Assembly (NCBI GenBank): GCA_028023455.1
Contig: JAQFVV010000006.1
Span: 8,556,001-8,620,000 of the forward strand
DNA: 64,000 nucleotides
From: Epiperipatus broadwayi
Lineage: Eukaryota > Animalia > Onychophora
Direction of reading: 5' to 3'
Shown here: piece by piece, positions 23,186 through 37,551 of the stretch
Position numbering within the stretch: the stretch's first letter is position 1
Layout: the number at the start of each line of letters is the position of its first letter
Program-made: the position numbers and the translations under genes
The notes under the pieces: generated by a model
What the model saw: the letters and a program-made list of their open reading frames with translations, nothing else
Database searches by the model: none
Told to the model about the DNA's origin: nothing

Positions 23186-26100
23186 GAATAGAATATTTGT
23201 CTTTTTTATTTTATTTTGAAGGACCATTAACTTTTCAAGACATTTCCTATACCTAGGTGTAAAAAAAATTTTCTGATATTGGTTAATCACATTCTTTATC
23301 TTTACAATTTGAACACTAAAATCTTGGTTTTGAAATTGCTATAAATTTCTTCTGCATTACTTTGATTCCTTCACATTAAAAAATAATTTTAATGTAATGA
23401 GCCACTTTCCCTAAGACTGCTTTAGAATAAGGATCCAAATTCATAAAGTACAAAATTCTTGTATTTCTAAGTTCACAATTTCTGTGTAGGACTGAATTTC
23501 ATTATGATCATTCTCTCTTACAAAATATATTTTCTTCCAGTCAGGTATATTGTTTTTATAATAATAATTATCTCTCTCTTTATGTTTATTTATGTATAAT
23601 AAGTTTTATAAAGCTGTAGTGAAAGATTATATCCTAAGATTTATAAATCTCTTCTTGAAGGAGAAATGTACTGATGGACATCAACCCTATTATATGAAAA
23701 TGATTGTTTATGGTGTTTTTGCATAATCTTTATATTATATCTAGCCATTGTGTTATAATTTATCATTTATTTTTTCACCCTAATTTAATGCAACATTGGC
23801 AACTTAGATATATCAACAGATAAAAATCATTTCTAATAGTAAATGCAGCTACTTGGATCAAGTCTTCCAAATTTCCAATAATAACTTCTTTTCAATAATT
23901 TTCATGTGGTAAAAGTTCTAATTTTAAAACGAGCTTTATTTAATGATATATCTTTTTCAATTTATGACGCACCTTCTCTAGAAAATCAACAAAAATTCGT
24001 CTGTGAGATATTCTTTTTGCTAGTTTATTATTGTTGATAATAGACTTGTAAAATCATTATCCTATTGATTTTATTTACTATATAACAAAATAAACTATAT
24101 TGAGTAATTGCAAAGGTATATCAAAGTGTCTTTCTATGGTAGAACTATCAACATGCAGACATCGGTATCATGATATTCTTTTAGTAGTCTTTACTCTGAA
24201 ATTAATCATTATTGCTTCAAATTATTTAAATATTTTAGGGGTTATCCTATAATGTAGATTTGGTTTTGAGATATATTAAAATATAATAATGATTCTATTT
24301 TGTCTGCTCCTGCAATTGCATATCTGTTTGAGAAATTTCACGTCCAAGCCCGCTGTTCTCACACGAATTATCTCAACCTTTTTCTTCCTCTCACACATTT
24401 GTGCATGTAGTTACACTCATTTTATTGTGTTGGTGCATTATTCAATTGCTTTGTTAATTATTTTATTGATCCTTAAATATGTATGATAAGTTATATTTAT
24501 GTGAATATATATGATACATATTACATAGGATTTTTTATTATCCATGGGCAACATGGAACTAAATGCTGTGGATAACAATGCGTCTTAATTTTATTTATAT
24601 AATGAGTTGAATAAATAATATTTCACAAATGTTTTTAAATCTGCTAAATAATATAATAAATAATTGATTCAACATTTTTATTTCTTTTTAATCTCGTGAT
24701 GTTTTGTTGAAACGGATTTTTGTAATTGTTAAATTTTTAAAGCCAGTGCTTAATTGTAGAAAAATAAAACAGATTAGGATAAATAAGAATCACTTGAACC
24801 TAATTTTTAGGAAAGATTTTGTTTGAAGATTTTTTTTAATTTTCAGTCTTCTTAGAAAAATCAAATATATATATATTCTTCTGAAATTTAATATCCTGAT
24901 GAAACTTAAGTTTTTTTATTATATAATTCTTTCAGGATATATAAAAAAATTAATTTCGCACACTTTAAATAATATTTTAATTTGCGAAGCGCAGATAGTT
25001 GAAAACTGAAATAAATAGTATCGAGCGCATGAGATCTTGCAGCGGCTCAATTTATTTCAGTTTTCGCACACTTTGGAAAGAATATGATGGAATACTTATT
25101 AATAATGGAAAAAACATTGTGAAGTGTTGGTTTTATTAAATTGTAGTTCTTTTACAGAGATATGCAAGATAAACTTTGGCATTCAGTATTAATTGGAAGA
25201 TTTTTGTATTATTGAATGAGTCGAGTAAAAATAATTTTAGTAAATGTATTTTTTATATAAAAATATATACAAATAGAATTAAATAATGTCCAACTAAATA
25301 ATCGTTTATACCGAAACTTAAGTAACAAACGGCTAATGGAAATATGAAATTTTTTGTAGAGAGAAAAATTGTAATCCTGTACAATTATACCCTCATATCT
25401 ACATTCTGATGATCCACAATGTGTATGAAAAATTTTCTGCCTGGGATCGATTGTTAACTAAGTAAAAGTATTTCATATTTTATTATTACCTACTAAAGAG
25501 TTTTAATATGCAAGACTTATTGAATGTATAATGCTAAAAACATAAACCTATTTCATTGAGCAAATAAGTCTGATTATATTACTAGAACAATTTATATGCA
25601 CCATCCCTAAGGAATTATTCAAATAAATCTGTAAATAGTGCCCATTTTATAACATCTTTAATCTGACAATATAGATTGGCATTGGTACAACTAAAGGTGG
25701 GCATTGTTTACGGGTCTATTTAAATGATTCTTCAGCACAGGTGGCAATACTGTATGGAGAGTTTTGCTCTGTTTATTCTTCAGAGATCTCATTTGCAAAT
25801 CTCAGTAATATATTCCAACTTGTTTATTCCAGAAAATAGGCTTATTTTCACAATATATTACTGTTTACATTATTTAAGACAATACTAACATTAAAGTAAT
25901 ATTCCCTAAAGCACAAAATTAATGAAGTTGGAAATTTGACTGTCTAAAGGGTGCTGCAAAGTGATTTAGATTGTTCTAGTAACATATTCAGACTTGTTTG
26001 GTCTGTGATATAGGTTTATATTCTTAAATTTCAAGCATATATTTCTTAGCTGTAGAAAAACAATTACTTTTTTAACTGATGCATGTTTTATGGACTGATG

Positions 26101-26802
26101 CAATCACATCATGGTAGTTTGTGACTGCTGTGAATGTGAAAACAGTTTCTTTAAAATGGTCCCGATCTAAAGTTAATGTTGACAGTAATTTTTCCGAGAC
26201 TAAAAGAAATGATTGTTTATAAGATAAAAATGATTTAGTTTTTTTTTATAGAAGAGAGTTGTATGCCAAAACTGGATGAGAAATAGGAAAAACAGAAAAA
26301 ATTTCTACTATAATATTTGTGTTCCTGAAACAGATAATGTTCCTAATCACAATGCTAAATATTTGATAGATTTAAAGAGAAGTCGTATATTTATAATTGG
26401 GGAATATAAATGACCCAGCAAGCAGCAGTGTACCGGGTGTGCGAGTCTATATGAAAACTTGAGCAAAGGATGCACCAGAAAGAATGTCATCAAAATATAT
26501 GCTGCAAGTAAAGAATTATTATTAGAGACACCGAAATCCTTATGAATTTAAAACTCATACTTTCAAAACTTCTTTTAGGCTTGGGAGTATTGCTACCATT
26601 TTAATTTTTTAATTCGCTAAATACTAATACAGTACGAATGTATTCCATTAAAAAATTTAATTCCCCCCTTAAGATTATAGAATATAATCCAAACATGATA
26701 TTTTCATGATGTAATTTAAATTTTAGAAAAATAGAATCGTTATGTTATCCCAAGAAAAGCTCGAATTTTGTGAACTTAATATCCTAATCGCCATCAATTT
26801 TT

Positions 26803-26906
26803 TTTTTCTCTCGTGTCATAGCATCAGCCGGGAAGCGAACCCGCTAACTTGGGACAACTGCTTGTATAGTTGCTGACGCTGACCTCTCGACCACCAATGC
26901 TTGACA
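26803..26906 (-). mobile_element. Short tRNA-Gly-like SINE with A-rich tail
   Basis: GCATTGGTGGTCGAGAGG (A-box) ... GCGGGTTCGCTTCCCGGCTGATGC (B-box, acceptor); TSD CCATCAATTTTT at 26791 and 26907. Confidence 0.85.
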
Positions 26907-28995
26907 CCATCAATTTTTATCACAAAAAGTTTGAAATTTTATTTTTTGAGAATGGCATGTTACGCAACACACACCTACATAAAAAGGGTGGTCTTTCTAT
27001 TATTACACTTTTTCATAATTAACTGTATTATTTGCTTTTTTTTTTTTTGCTAATTATTTTATTTTATTGTATAATTTTTTAATAAAAATGTTTCTAAAAA
27101 GATCACTTGTGATAATTTGTGGAAAAATGTGTACTTACCGATAATTAGTTAAAATATTGTCATGCCTAATTTAGACTCATTATTTATCTCCACAATTTCA
27201 GAAATATCAGCAGGAAAATGAAAATTTTGTAGCCTTATCGTCAGGAATTAGTTTCTTTCAATTTCGATGTTCTCTCAATACATTTTTTTTTGTGAATAAT
27301 TTTAAAATCCTTTTTATAACTTAGAGATTCTATATCATTCCTTATTTTACACATTCCTTGCAGAAATGAATTCAATGAAAGGTTTTTGAATTTGGTTCAA
27401 CAAATGGTTTCTGAAGTAACAGTATTATCAACAACTGACTTAAAAACTTTTTAAGCTATAAAATAACTTAATGGGATCTCATATCATGACAAAAAGGGGG
27501 AAATGTTTTTCATCTTTTAAGTTATTTCATTATTTACATAAAATCAGATTTTATTTAAATTAATTTTTAGTTTTTAATATATATAAACAATTTTTTTTTG
27601 CACGTTTTAATTTTGTTATAAATAAGTGCTTATACGTATAAGTAGGTGCTTACCATCTTACAGATCTGATGAAGACTGGCAGTTGAGCAGGTTCTAATGT
27701 CAGGCTTTTCTATATCTTAATTAAAATATCTCTGAAGATACTAAAATATCCATTATATATGGGATGTAATGTAGAATAAAGATATTAATTAACCATTGGT
27801 AATTCTTTATTTTTTGTAAAAATATTGTCAATATGAGCGTTGCTTTAAGAATTTTTTTTGGCTCGCTGTAAAATTAGTTTGCTTTAAAAAATTTTTTTTT
27901 AGTAAATTAATAAAATATTTATTACAATTTTACAAAGATGAAATACTTAATCTTGAAATTTCGCAGAGCACTAACAACTAATGTTCTAAAAGTATAGTAA
28001 TAATAGTTTAAAAATATTTTGTCTGTTTTAAATGATTGATATTTATCAAATTATAACTTTAATGTAAACTGATATTTATAAAAATTACTGTTTAACAAAT
28101 ATTTGTTCCATTTAATTTTTTTATTTTTTATCATGATAGAACAGTGGTTTTGAATCTTATAGAGGTCTGGGATCCAAAGTAAATTTGCCCTGGAAACAGT
28201 TACTAATCTGAAAACCCCTAAAGACATAAAGATCGAAATTAAAAGATGACAAAATATTGATATTTATTACAACTCAAAAAATGATAGATGCTAAAACCAC
28301 TATTAAGAGGTCAATTACCTATAAATAAATAATCATAGTTATTATTGTTAAAGAAGGAATATAAACATTTTGTGAATTGTATTATTCTAAAGATGGTAAT
28401 TGAATTTTAAAAAAAAGTTTTTTTTAAAATACATCAGTTAAAAAATAGTTGAAAACTGAAAAAGAAAAAAACATCAAAGTTATGAATGTTTTAAATGTTA
28501 ATTTCATTTTAAGTGTGTTTAGAATGGTGTAGTTAATATATATATATCTATATGTGCATTTAATTAACATCTTTTAATGTAAATCATTTATATTGATAAA
28601 ATGATTTGATTACAATTTGATGGGAGTTTATTAAATTTTAATCCCGTACATGTTTTTAATATGTATATACATCCCTGAGATACGTTTTTAATTAAAAATT
28701 ATTCCACGACAAATTAGAACACTGTATTTACAAAAAAGACAGTGTGGAAATAAAAAGACCACATTTTTATGTAGGTGTGTGTGTGTGTGTGAATGTGCTC
28801 AGCATGCCATTTTCAAAAAATATAATTTTAAACTTTTTGTGATAAAAAATTGATGGTGGTGTTGATGAAATATACAATGCCTATAGGATGTTAAGTTCGT
28901 AAAATTAAAGCAATACTTGATTGTGTATATATTAGCAATTATTTTTTTGCGATATCGTAACAATCTTATTTTTATAAAATTTAAATTGCATCATG

Positions 28996-29106
28996 CTTTT
29001 TTTTTTTAAAGTGTCATAGCATCGGCCGGGACGCGAACCCGCAACCCGGGCAACTACCTGCAAATGCAAGGCAGTCGCGCTGACCTCTCGACCACCAATG
29101 CAAGAC
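28996..29106 (-). mobile_element. Short tRNA-Gly-like SINE with poly(A) tail
   Basis: GCATTGG...CCGATGC acceptor stem, A and B boxes; TSD AAATTGCATCATG at 28983 and 29107. Confidence 0.88.
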
Positions 29107-30552
29107 AAATTGCATCATGTTTGGATTATATTCTATAATTTTAAGGGGGAAATTATTATTATTTTTTTTTTGGAATATGTTCGCACTTGCGTTAGTATTT
29201 AGTGAATTGGAAAATTAAAATTTTATTTAAAATGGCTCCAAACTTAATAATGGTAGCAATTCTCTCAAGCCTAAAAGAAGTTTTGAAAGCACGAGTTTTA
29301 AATTCATAAGGATTTATGTGTATTTATATAGTAGAAATTTCTTTTTCCATTTTTCCTATTTCTCATCTATCTTTAGCATTCAACTTTTTCCTATTAAAAA
29401 AATGAATTATTTTATCACGTAAACGTTTTCTTTTAATCTCGGAAAAATTACAGTCATCATTAACTTTAGATTTGGGATCATTTTAAAGGAAAATATTTTC
29501 AAATTTACGGCCAGTAATAAACTATCAGATGTACATTATTGGTGTGATTGGGTTAGTTTTGTTAAACATGCGAGTCAAAAAAATAGCTGCTATTCGCTAA
29601 GAAGTATATACGTGAAATTTATGAATATTTAATTTTTTTACATTATTGATTTTATTGAAAGTTGCTATTCAAGCTTTAGATTGCTAGGGTGAACTCCATA
29701 ATATTTGAATGCTTGTAACATAATCTTTATGTTTTTCAAATCAATATTTGACAATGTGGGGTGTAGGGATGAACACTAGATATCAGTATTGTCTCAAAAT
29801 CTGTTGCCTGCTAATCAATAAAAACAAATGAGCAAAAAACTTTAGAAAATTTGTAAATTAAAATTCTAATTTTAATATAATTGCTATTGCTGCTATAATC
29901 TGTCGGAATTTATTGCAAATGGGTTATTCAAAATGGACAAGATATTCAAAATTACCACATTCCTAAATCAGAATTATCTAAAACAAAATTAGACAAATGT
30001 AAGAGATGAAGCATCAGGCCTTTTATTATAATATCCTACACTTAATTTTTTTTTATTAACAACAGTCTTTTTTCCAAACTTTTTTAATAACCCAATTAAT
30101 CTTATTAATATATTTTTTATTATAAAACAAATTGACATTTTAATCTAAACAACCTTAAGAAAGAATTTAAAAGAATTAAAATTTCTTCTAAAATCTAAAT
30201 TCCTTATAAATATTTTAAATCTATCAAATAAATGAGATAAATTAAATACATTTCCGCTAATCTATTTAAAATCAATAACTTAAATTTTAAAACAAAATCA
30301 TATGTAAGAAAGAAAGCCAAGTTTTTATATAACCTAAATGTTGCAGGATTGGGGAAAATATTATACTGCCTCAAATTCTTTAAAAAATTATCTTGAGCCT
30401 TTAAAGACTATTTCATTAGACATATTAAGCAATTTCTTCATATTTATTAATCAGCTGCCACTTGCTAAAAATAAAACTAATAATATTAAAAAATATACAT
30501 ATATAAAATAACTAATAGCAAATATCTCTCTATATAGTAAACTACAAAACAT

Positions 30553-30708
30553 AAATTGAAAATCACCAAAAATCACATAAACCCTATTTAAAATATAAAT
30601 AGCCAAATTGAAAATCACCAAAAATCACATAAACCCTATTTAAAATATAAATAGCCAAATTGAAAATCACCAAAAATCACATAAACCCTATTTAAAATAT
30701 AAATAGCC
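30553..30708. repeat. 52-bp tandem repeat, 3 identical copies
   Basis: aaattgaaaatcaccaaaaatcacataaaccctatttaaaatataaatagcc at 30553, 30605, 30657. Confidence 0.95.
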
Positions 30709-33358
30709 AAAACACCTCAAAAAAATTCAAGTACTGTCCACTACTAGACTAGTAATGATAAAATAAAATCGAAAATCATATATTACAATAATAGCCGTAA
30801 AAAAAAAAAAAATTTTTTTTTACTAAAATTCTTCCGCGACCATTGTTTTCATCTATTGACAGATAATACCCTAAATAATAAAAGATATTTTAAATATACA
30901 TTTAAGGCTGTATGATTAACAAAATAATAAATCTTTACAATTAGTTTTTTTTTTTTTTAATTCATTATTAAAATAATCAAAAATAAATAAAATTACATTC
31001 GCTTTAAAAATTTTGTAAACGTAATAATTTAGTTCCGATGTCATATCCTATGTGAAAAATAAAATCAATAATGTTGTTTATAAATTGAACATCACCTCAA
31101 AACCGTGCACATTTTAAAATATATGCTGCACAAAGTAAAACCAAAATAAAATTTGGTGATTAACCTTTTGAAAATATTTTATTTTTAAACATCTGGTAAG
31201 TTAATTAAATAAAAATTTACATAAGAGAATAATTCAATATTAGTAAACTTTATATTACATAATGTTATTCTCTGATAAACAACAAAATATTAGTTAATGT
31301 CATAACTAGTAATAAATTTTTGACATGTAGCTTACAAATGCAGTCATATATCATTAACTTATAGTTCTATAGATAGAACTTTAAGATGGTAGTAAAAGTC
31401 ATATCGCATGTTAAGCATAGTATTGATATCTTGAGTAGACAAATTGTTGATGCTTCATTAGATAGAACATTAATAGTATTCAAACTTAAGAAATTAGTTT
31501 TATTAAATATGGGAGAAAAAAATCTGTTAAAAGATTCAATGGAGGTCAGAAATCAATGCTTAACCAGAGAAACCAATGGACATTATGTATGAAATTAATT
31601 AAAATCATAAAATTTACTACAGAAGTCAACATGCTTTGTCAATATATTAAAACAAACCATCTAATGTTTTTAAAGCACTGCTGAGATCAAAACACCTTTA
31701 GGAAGATAATATACAACTATAACAACCATTGTTGCTAACAAAAAACTTGCCATTACCTTATTCGTAAAATGAACCAATTAAAAGGAAATTATTCTTCATA
31801 AAACTTGATATTTATCTTTTAACAAAAATATATATATGCATATTTAGATTCAAATTTATATTTAATTTGCGAACAAAAATCTGCATAATATACAAATTTT
31901 TATTGACTAAGTTAAAGTTTTTAAACTGAAAATATTTAATAACTAACGATAAAATTAATATTCAAAAACGCTTTGCCATATTAATAGGATATTATTTTTA
32001 GATTGATATAATATTATTCTCATAATACTCTTGTAATTTCATTTTTTAAATTTAGTTAATTAAAATATTTTCTAATTTTATATCTGATCTCTTAATTCGT
32101 AAACCATTTTAATGTAAACTATTCACAAAAATTTTTATATTAAAATAAACACAAAATATGTTTACAAACGATGTGTTTATTTTCTAAGATTGTCATTACA
32201 TCATTATTAATAGTATTTTTCTTATTAATTTTAAAAATTCTTGATAAATAATGAAAAAATGCAAGCAATGTTTTATTGAATTGTATCGTTTATATTTTTA
32301 AAGAAACAAATTTACATTAACATAATAAAGAATGTATGGAAGATTCTTTTGCAAATATTTTTGTATTAGATTTAGAATATATTTTTTTGTCATACAATCT
32401 TAATAGTATTTATGCCAAATAAAGAAGGAAATTTTTGTATGTAAATTAAAAACATTATGAAACAATTGTACATAATATAGTTTTTTATTTGAGCACAGTG
32501 GTAGATTCCAGAACTAAAAGTTTTTTGGATTAATTCCCATAGCCAAGTTAAAAAAAAAAACGAAATCTCATTTTTCTATCAGTTGAATACTATTCAGTCT
32601 GCAACCTTGGTATTCTAATGTCACATAAATTTTTAAAAAGTAAATATTGTTTTTTTAAACAATTTAATATATATTGAAAGGACTTGTGAAAATATTTATC
32701 TTTTATTTAATCAGCATTGACAGTTGGTGATCAAGTTCCTTTTGGTGTCTTCTTTTTTGCTTTTTTTGGGTATATCTTTCTAAGGATTATCATACTATTA
32801 TATAATAAATTAGATTGTCCTTTTATTTGATTAAAATTAAAATGTCAATCATTTATGTTTCATGTGAATTTACTTTTAATTTCTTCTAGTATAAACTTCT
32901 TCACTTTGTTTTGAGATTAATCTAAAAATAGTCTCAAAAGAATCCCAACAAGCCTTTCTATCTTGTTCATTTTCAGTTATTGATTCGTCTTTCTTTAATC
33001 CGAATCGCCATTTATGTTTGTTCGTTATGACTTTTTTCAGTACATTTTAGCAACCTATTATTTCATAGCTTGATTTTATTATAGCATCTTCTACGTGAAG
33101 ATTATTTGTAGAAACAGTGAATTGCTGTTTCACCAGTTTGCGTAATTTTGTGTCACCAGTTAAATCACAGACCTGATATTCTTTTAGTTTTTTTCATATT
33201 TTATGATGTACCACAATTATTGTGAGTTTATTGTTTGCTCTTTGATCCAATGATTGTTTTTCAAAGTAAAAAACTGATTAGCTCTCATTGATATTCACCA
33301 CAACTCTAATGGCACATAAATGTGATCCATTTTATACTAGTGATTTTATTCTCTAGAC

Positions 33359-34153
33359 CAGAATTTATCAATTATGGAACCCCTATAGATTGGGCAAAAA
33401 GGTAGTAGAACCAAAAAATCCTGTAAAAGTAATGACTTTTTAAATTCTAGATATAATGTAAAATGAAGCCATATTAAATTTCATGCTCTATCTTTAAGAT
33501 ATTTTATAAATATTGCCTTTAAATTTAGTCATCATCATCATCAACCATTATGCAGGATGAAGGTCTCCAAGTTCAATCCATCTTCTCCGATCTTTAGCTT
33601 CTCTTCTCCACATCACCCCTGCACACTTTATTTCATGCATCCATCTAATTTTATTCCTTTTGAAAAATGGAATTATTTTTCACAGTCCGTTAAAATCCTA
33701 ATATAATTGTATGTCTGGCAGTTATAATTTTATATCTATTTGAATTAGAATTTAAAGTTTGAGAAATGTAGGATAATTATAAGTTTACTTTTATATATAG
33801 TTTTTATCATAATTTTGTTTTGAATTTGACTTTGGTAATGAAAATCAATGGATGGCATTTATTGTATACGAATAATAAAAGGGAAACAATAATAATGAAG
33901 TAAACCTTAAAATCTTTTTTTTTTATAAATTCATTATTTATTTAGTTTGTCTTTGTTTTATGCTTATTTGATCAAATTTGTTGGCAAAAAGATAATAATA
34001 ACTTTCAATAGGTTTGGAATTTGCATTTTAAAATTATGATTTTTAAAATTCCAAATATAAATTGTTTTTCTCTGAAATTGGATTATGGAACCAGTAGTTA
34101 GTTTATTTAAAAAAAGCTTAAAAGTTTCTTAGAACCCAGTTTGAAAAATTCTG
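33359..34153. mobile_element. Old hAT-type MITE hosting an RTE fragment
   Basis: TIR CAGAATTTATCAA vs TTGAAAAATTCTG (12/13); degenerate TSD CTCTAGAC/TTTTAGCC. Confidence 0.45.
33529..33646 (-). mobile_element. 5'-truncated RTE LINE 3' end with (TGA)n tail
   Basis: tcatcatcatcatcaaccatt..gcaggatgaaggtct..ctccgatctttagcttctcttctccacatcacccct near-identical to 61089-61200. Confidence 0.9.
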
Positions 34154-37100
34154 TTTTAGCCTTTAGAATAGTTTATCCTTATTAGTTTAACTTTGTCAGG
34201 GCTTATTTTAATACTTTTGTGGTTGCCTGTAAATTTCTAGTATAATGTGATTAAATCCTATAATTAATAATCTCAAAGCTTCATCTTCCATTAGTGACAG
34301 ATCGTTCTGTGTTAAGTGGTCCAATATTTTACAAATTTTAAACTATTTTGACACCTACCCGCCTCCCCCATTTTAATTCATCAAATGTATTTTCTGAAGT
34401 AGTGAAAAATCTGAATTTTTAAAATTTTACCTGATGCATTGTCTTAAATACAACTCTTGAAAATCTCCAGAAAAATGCAATTTTGTGTTCATATGCAGTT
34501 ATTCAAGGAATAATGACTCGATATAGAATTATAGTATAAAGCTATCAAAAATACTAAACTACGGCTTATTTTTTAATCTTTCATATGCTATGTATTTATC
34601 GTCTGTCTTTTTCTTTTTTCCAGTTAATTTTACAATTATTTATTATTTTTGACCTTAAATTTTTCACACACCTAAACTTAAAAATTTTTGGAAAAAAAAA
34701 AAAGAAAATTCAAAAACATACATGTCTGGGGGTCAGTTGTAGAAAATTTCATCATGTAGAGTTACAAAGGATACTAGATTTGAAAAATAAATACTATTTT
34801 TCAGATGGTTCTACTCAAGATAATAACGCACATATATATCAAAGTGAAAGTTGATTTTGGAATCAAACTTAATGATATATTTTTTCAACAGTTTAGAGAA
34901 AAGGCGGATTTTTGTCAACTATAAAGAATGGATTACAATGTCTTTTTTAGCCCTTTACAATGTTGATTGTGGAATTTTTTGTTCTTCAATGAGAAAGAGA
35001 AATGAGAAAGCTTAAAAAGTGTTTTCTAGATAAAAAGCCAATAACAGGCATCAAGAAGTTCCACAGTTATCTTCCTGTATCAGATAAAAGTATTACTGAC
35101 AGATATTTTCAAAGAGTGAAGAGTTATACATGTTATCTCAATCAGACAAAACTTTAAAACAAATTTTCGGACTAGCAGAAAGAAGTAAAAAAATACTTAA
35201 CACCCGAATACAATGATTGTTAGTGGCTTGGGATAGATTTGCCTAAAAACAAGACAAGAAAGATCATGAAAATGAAATTCCTCCCCTTAAAAGTCCTCCT
35301 TTGTTTACGTATCCAGGAGATATTAGTGTTAAACTTGAAGTATCTATTTGCCAAATTTTTAATTTTACAAAACGCAATTTACTCACTGGTCACATTGTAG
35401 CAATTGCAGTTTTTTCAAAACTATTCTACAAAGACGGTTGAGGTTGATCATATAGATTGTCTTGTGATAATGCTGGCATGCATATATAGTATACTCTTCA
35501 ATGTCAAGAATACATTAAACAGTTATACAAACAAAAATAAGTTATTATGTAGATGGTGTATTCAAAGATTTTTGTTCGCCTTAGTATTTTCCCCTTCCCC
35601 AGTTAATTGTTTAATTTTAAAACAGTAGTGATCTTCCAAAATGATTGAAAATTTGAATTTAAAATTTCAGTTTTTTATTTGCTTTTTTTATTTATATAAT
35701 GTTTTTAAAAATAATCTCTTTATAATTCCACAAATTATGCAAGCCAAAAACGCATATTTTTGAAAGTTTTTTTTTTTTTTTTACATTTTTTAGATTTTTG
35801 AGCTTCGATAAAAAAACTTTAGGAAATGACCTTGACATTAAAAACTGTCAAATCTAGCCATGTTATATACTGTGTGAAAGCTTAAAGAATCACAATGTAT
35901 ACTTTCTTTAGTCCCCTGATTTACTTCCACTTTGGTGGAGAGATTCAGTGAGACAAATTTGAAAAAGATTGAACATCATTGGATTTTTTGATTGGATCTC
36001 TTGACATGGACTAATCCCAAGATCTTTATTACTTGACATTATCAAGTGTTCTGCTTTATATGTTACTTTATGTATAATCCATCCGTGCATATTTTTAAGC
36101 ATTTTCTCTCAACATCGGAACTGTTTTGATTTTAAATTTGACAGTTATTTTCATTATTTCATGAACAGGTAAATAACCCATTTAAAATTTTTCTTATTAA
36201 AAATATTGGAAGAAATCACTTGTGTCTACATATATATATAGAGAGAGAGATAGAACAGCATTTATTCTATTGTTGAGCAATTTCTATCATTTCTATAAAA
36301 TTATGAAGGGAGCCATTAAATTTTTACCATCGTATCCTATTGTTTTAGTATATGTTTTGAATTTACTTAATTAACATTGTTATTCTTTGGCTTTAAAAAA
36401 GATTGAAATTGCTAAGCCTTTGAATGTGTGCAAGTGAATGGCTATATAAATCGACTTATTTTAAACTAAGAGATGGGGGGGGGCACTAAATATTTATTTT
36501 TTGTTATTACAATATTCTGTAAAATGTTTGCTGAGATTAAAACTAATAAACACTAAAATATTATTTTAAAAAAAATTACTATTGCTGTTAATAAATATCA
36601 CATTACTATCTTGCTTGTATTCAACTAGCTGTTCCTTCATTATCATCTGATATAAGTTTGAATATTGAGTAGATAGAACTGAATGTTAAAATAGCATTGC
36701 CATCTAGTATGATGAATTAATGACCCAGTAGATAATTATGAACTATAGTAAAGAGAAGTATTCCTAATATTGCTATCGATTTTTATGTGTAGAAAACTTA
36801 AGTAAACAATTGGTTACTAATTATTTTTATTATTACTGTTATAACATAAAAATTTTAGATTGATATAAAAATAAGCATATATTTTATTAAACTGTTTTGT
36901 GTATATAGAGTATATTCAAAACTGTAAATAATAAAATTAACATTAGTATCATAGTAAAGATGTTAAGTCTATATTAAATAGCAATGATTTGATTGGAAGT
37001 TTTATTTAAACTAAATTGTTAATTACATATTCCGGTTTAGTAGTATGTATATGCATTTGGATTATTATACAGTGAATTTATTTACATTATTTAATTATTA

Positions 37101-37551
37101 AAGAATAGTAATATATAGTCGTTTCCAATTTTACACTATTTCACTATAATATTTAAAATGTTGAGTATATTCTATGACTACTTTATGATTATTTCACATT
37201 TTAAAAGATCTTAAGGGGTTATGTGCTCGCAGTCAGTTAACTAGCATTATTGTAAGCTGCAAAGCAATTGATCGGGAGGAACTCATTCTCTAATTGATTA
37301 TAGTGTGATATCAAAGGTAGTAAAGATATATCTTCGGCAATTTGATTGGCAGGTTTGTTTAAGTTTTGTTTGAATAGTTCATTTAAAATTTGCATGTATT
37401 AAAAAGAAATTGTTAACTAAATAGTCTGCTCAAGAATTCTGTTCTACTTTAATATTGATACTTCTGACTTACCATAACTGCAAACCGGCAAAATCTATAA
37501 GCAAACGATATTGCACTAGCATAGCCTGTTTTAACGAACTGGAAAACAAAT

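Larger units (their letters stand above)
26017..29633. repeat. Large inverted repeat pair (arms ~26017-27105 and ~28670-29633, ~1.6 kb spacer)
   Basis: Many colinear blocks in reverse complement, e.g. aaatccttatgaatttaaaactc..tttcaaaacttcttttaggcttg at 26535 vs ~29270-29315; tctaaagttaatg..gac.gtaatttttccgaga at 26167 vs ~29440-29470. Confidence 0.8.

Noticed and set aside
28142-28305. hAT MITE starting CAGTGGTTTTGAA
   Set aside because: Right TIR is weak and there is no matching TSD
26803-29106. tRNA gene calls for the two tRNA-like copies
   Set aside because: No valid D/anticodon arms; poly(A) tails and TSDs show retroposed SINEs
29930-30480. Possible degenerate ORF
   Set aside because: Multiple stops and no recognisable motif
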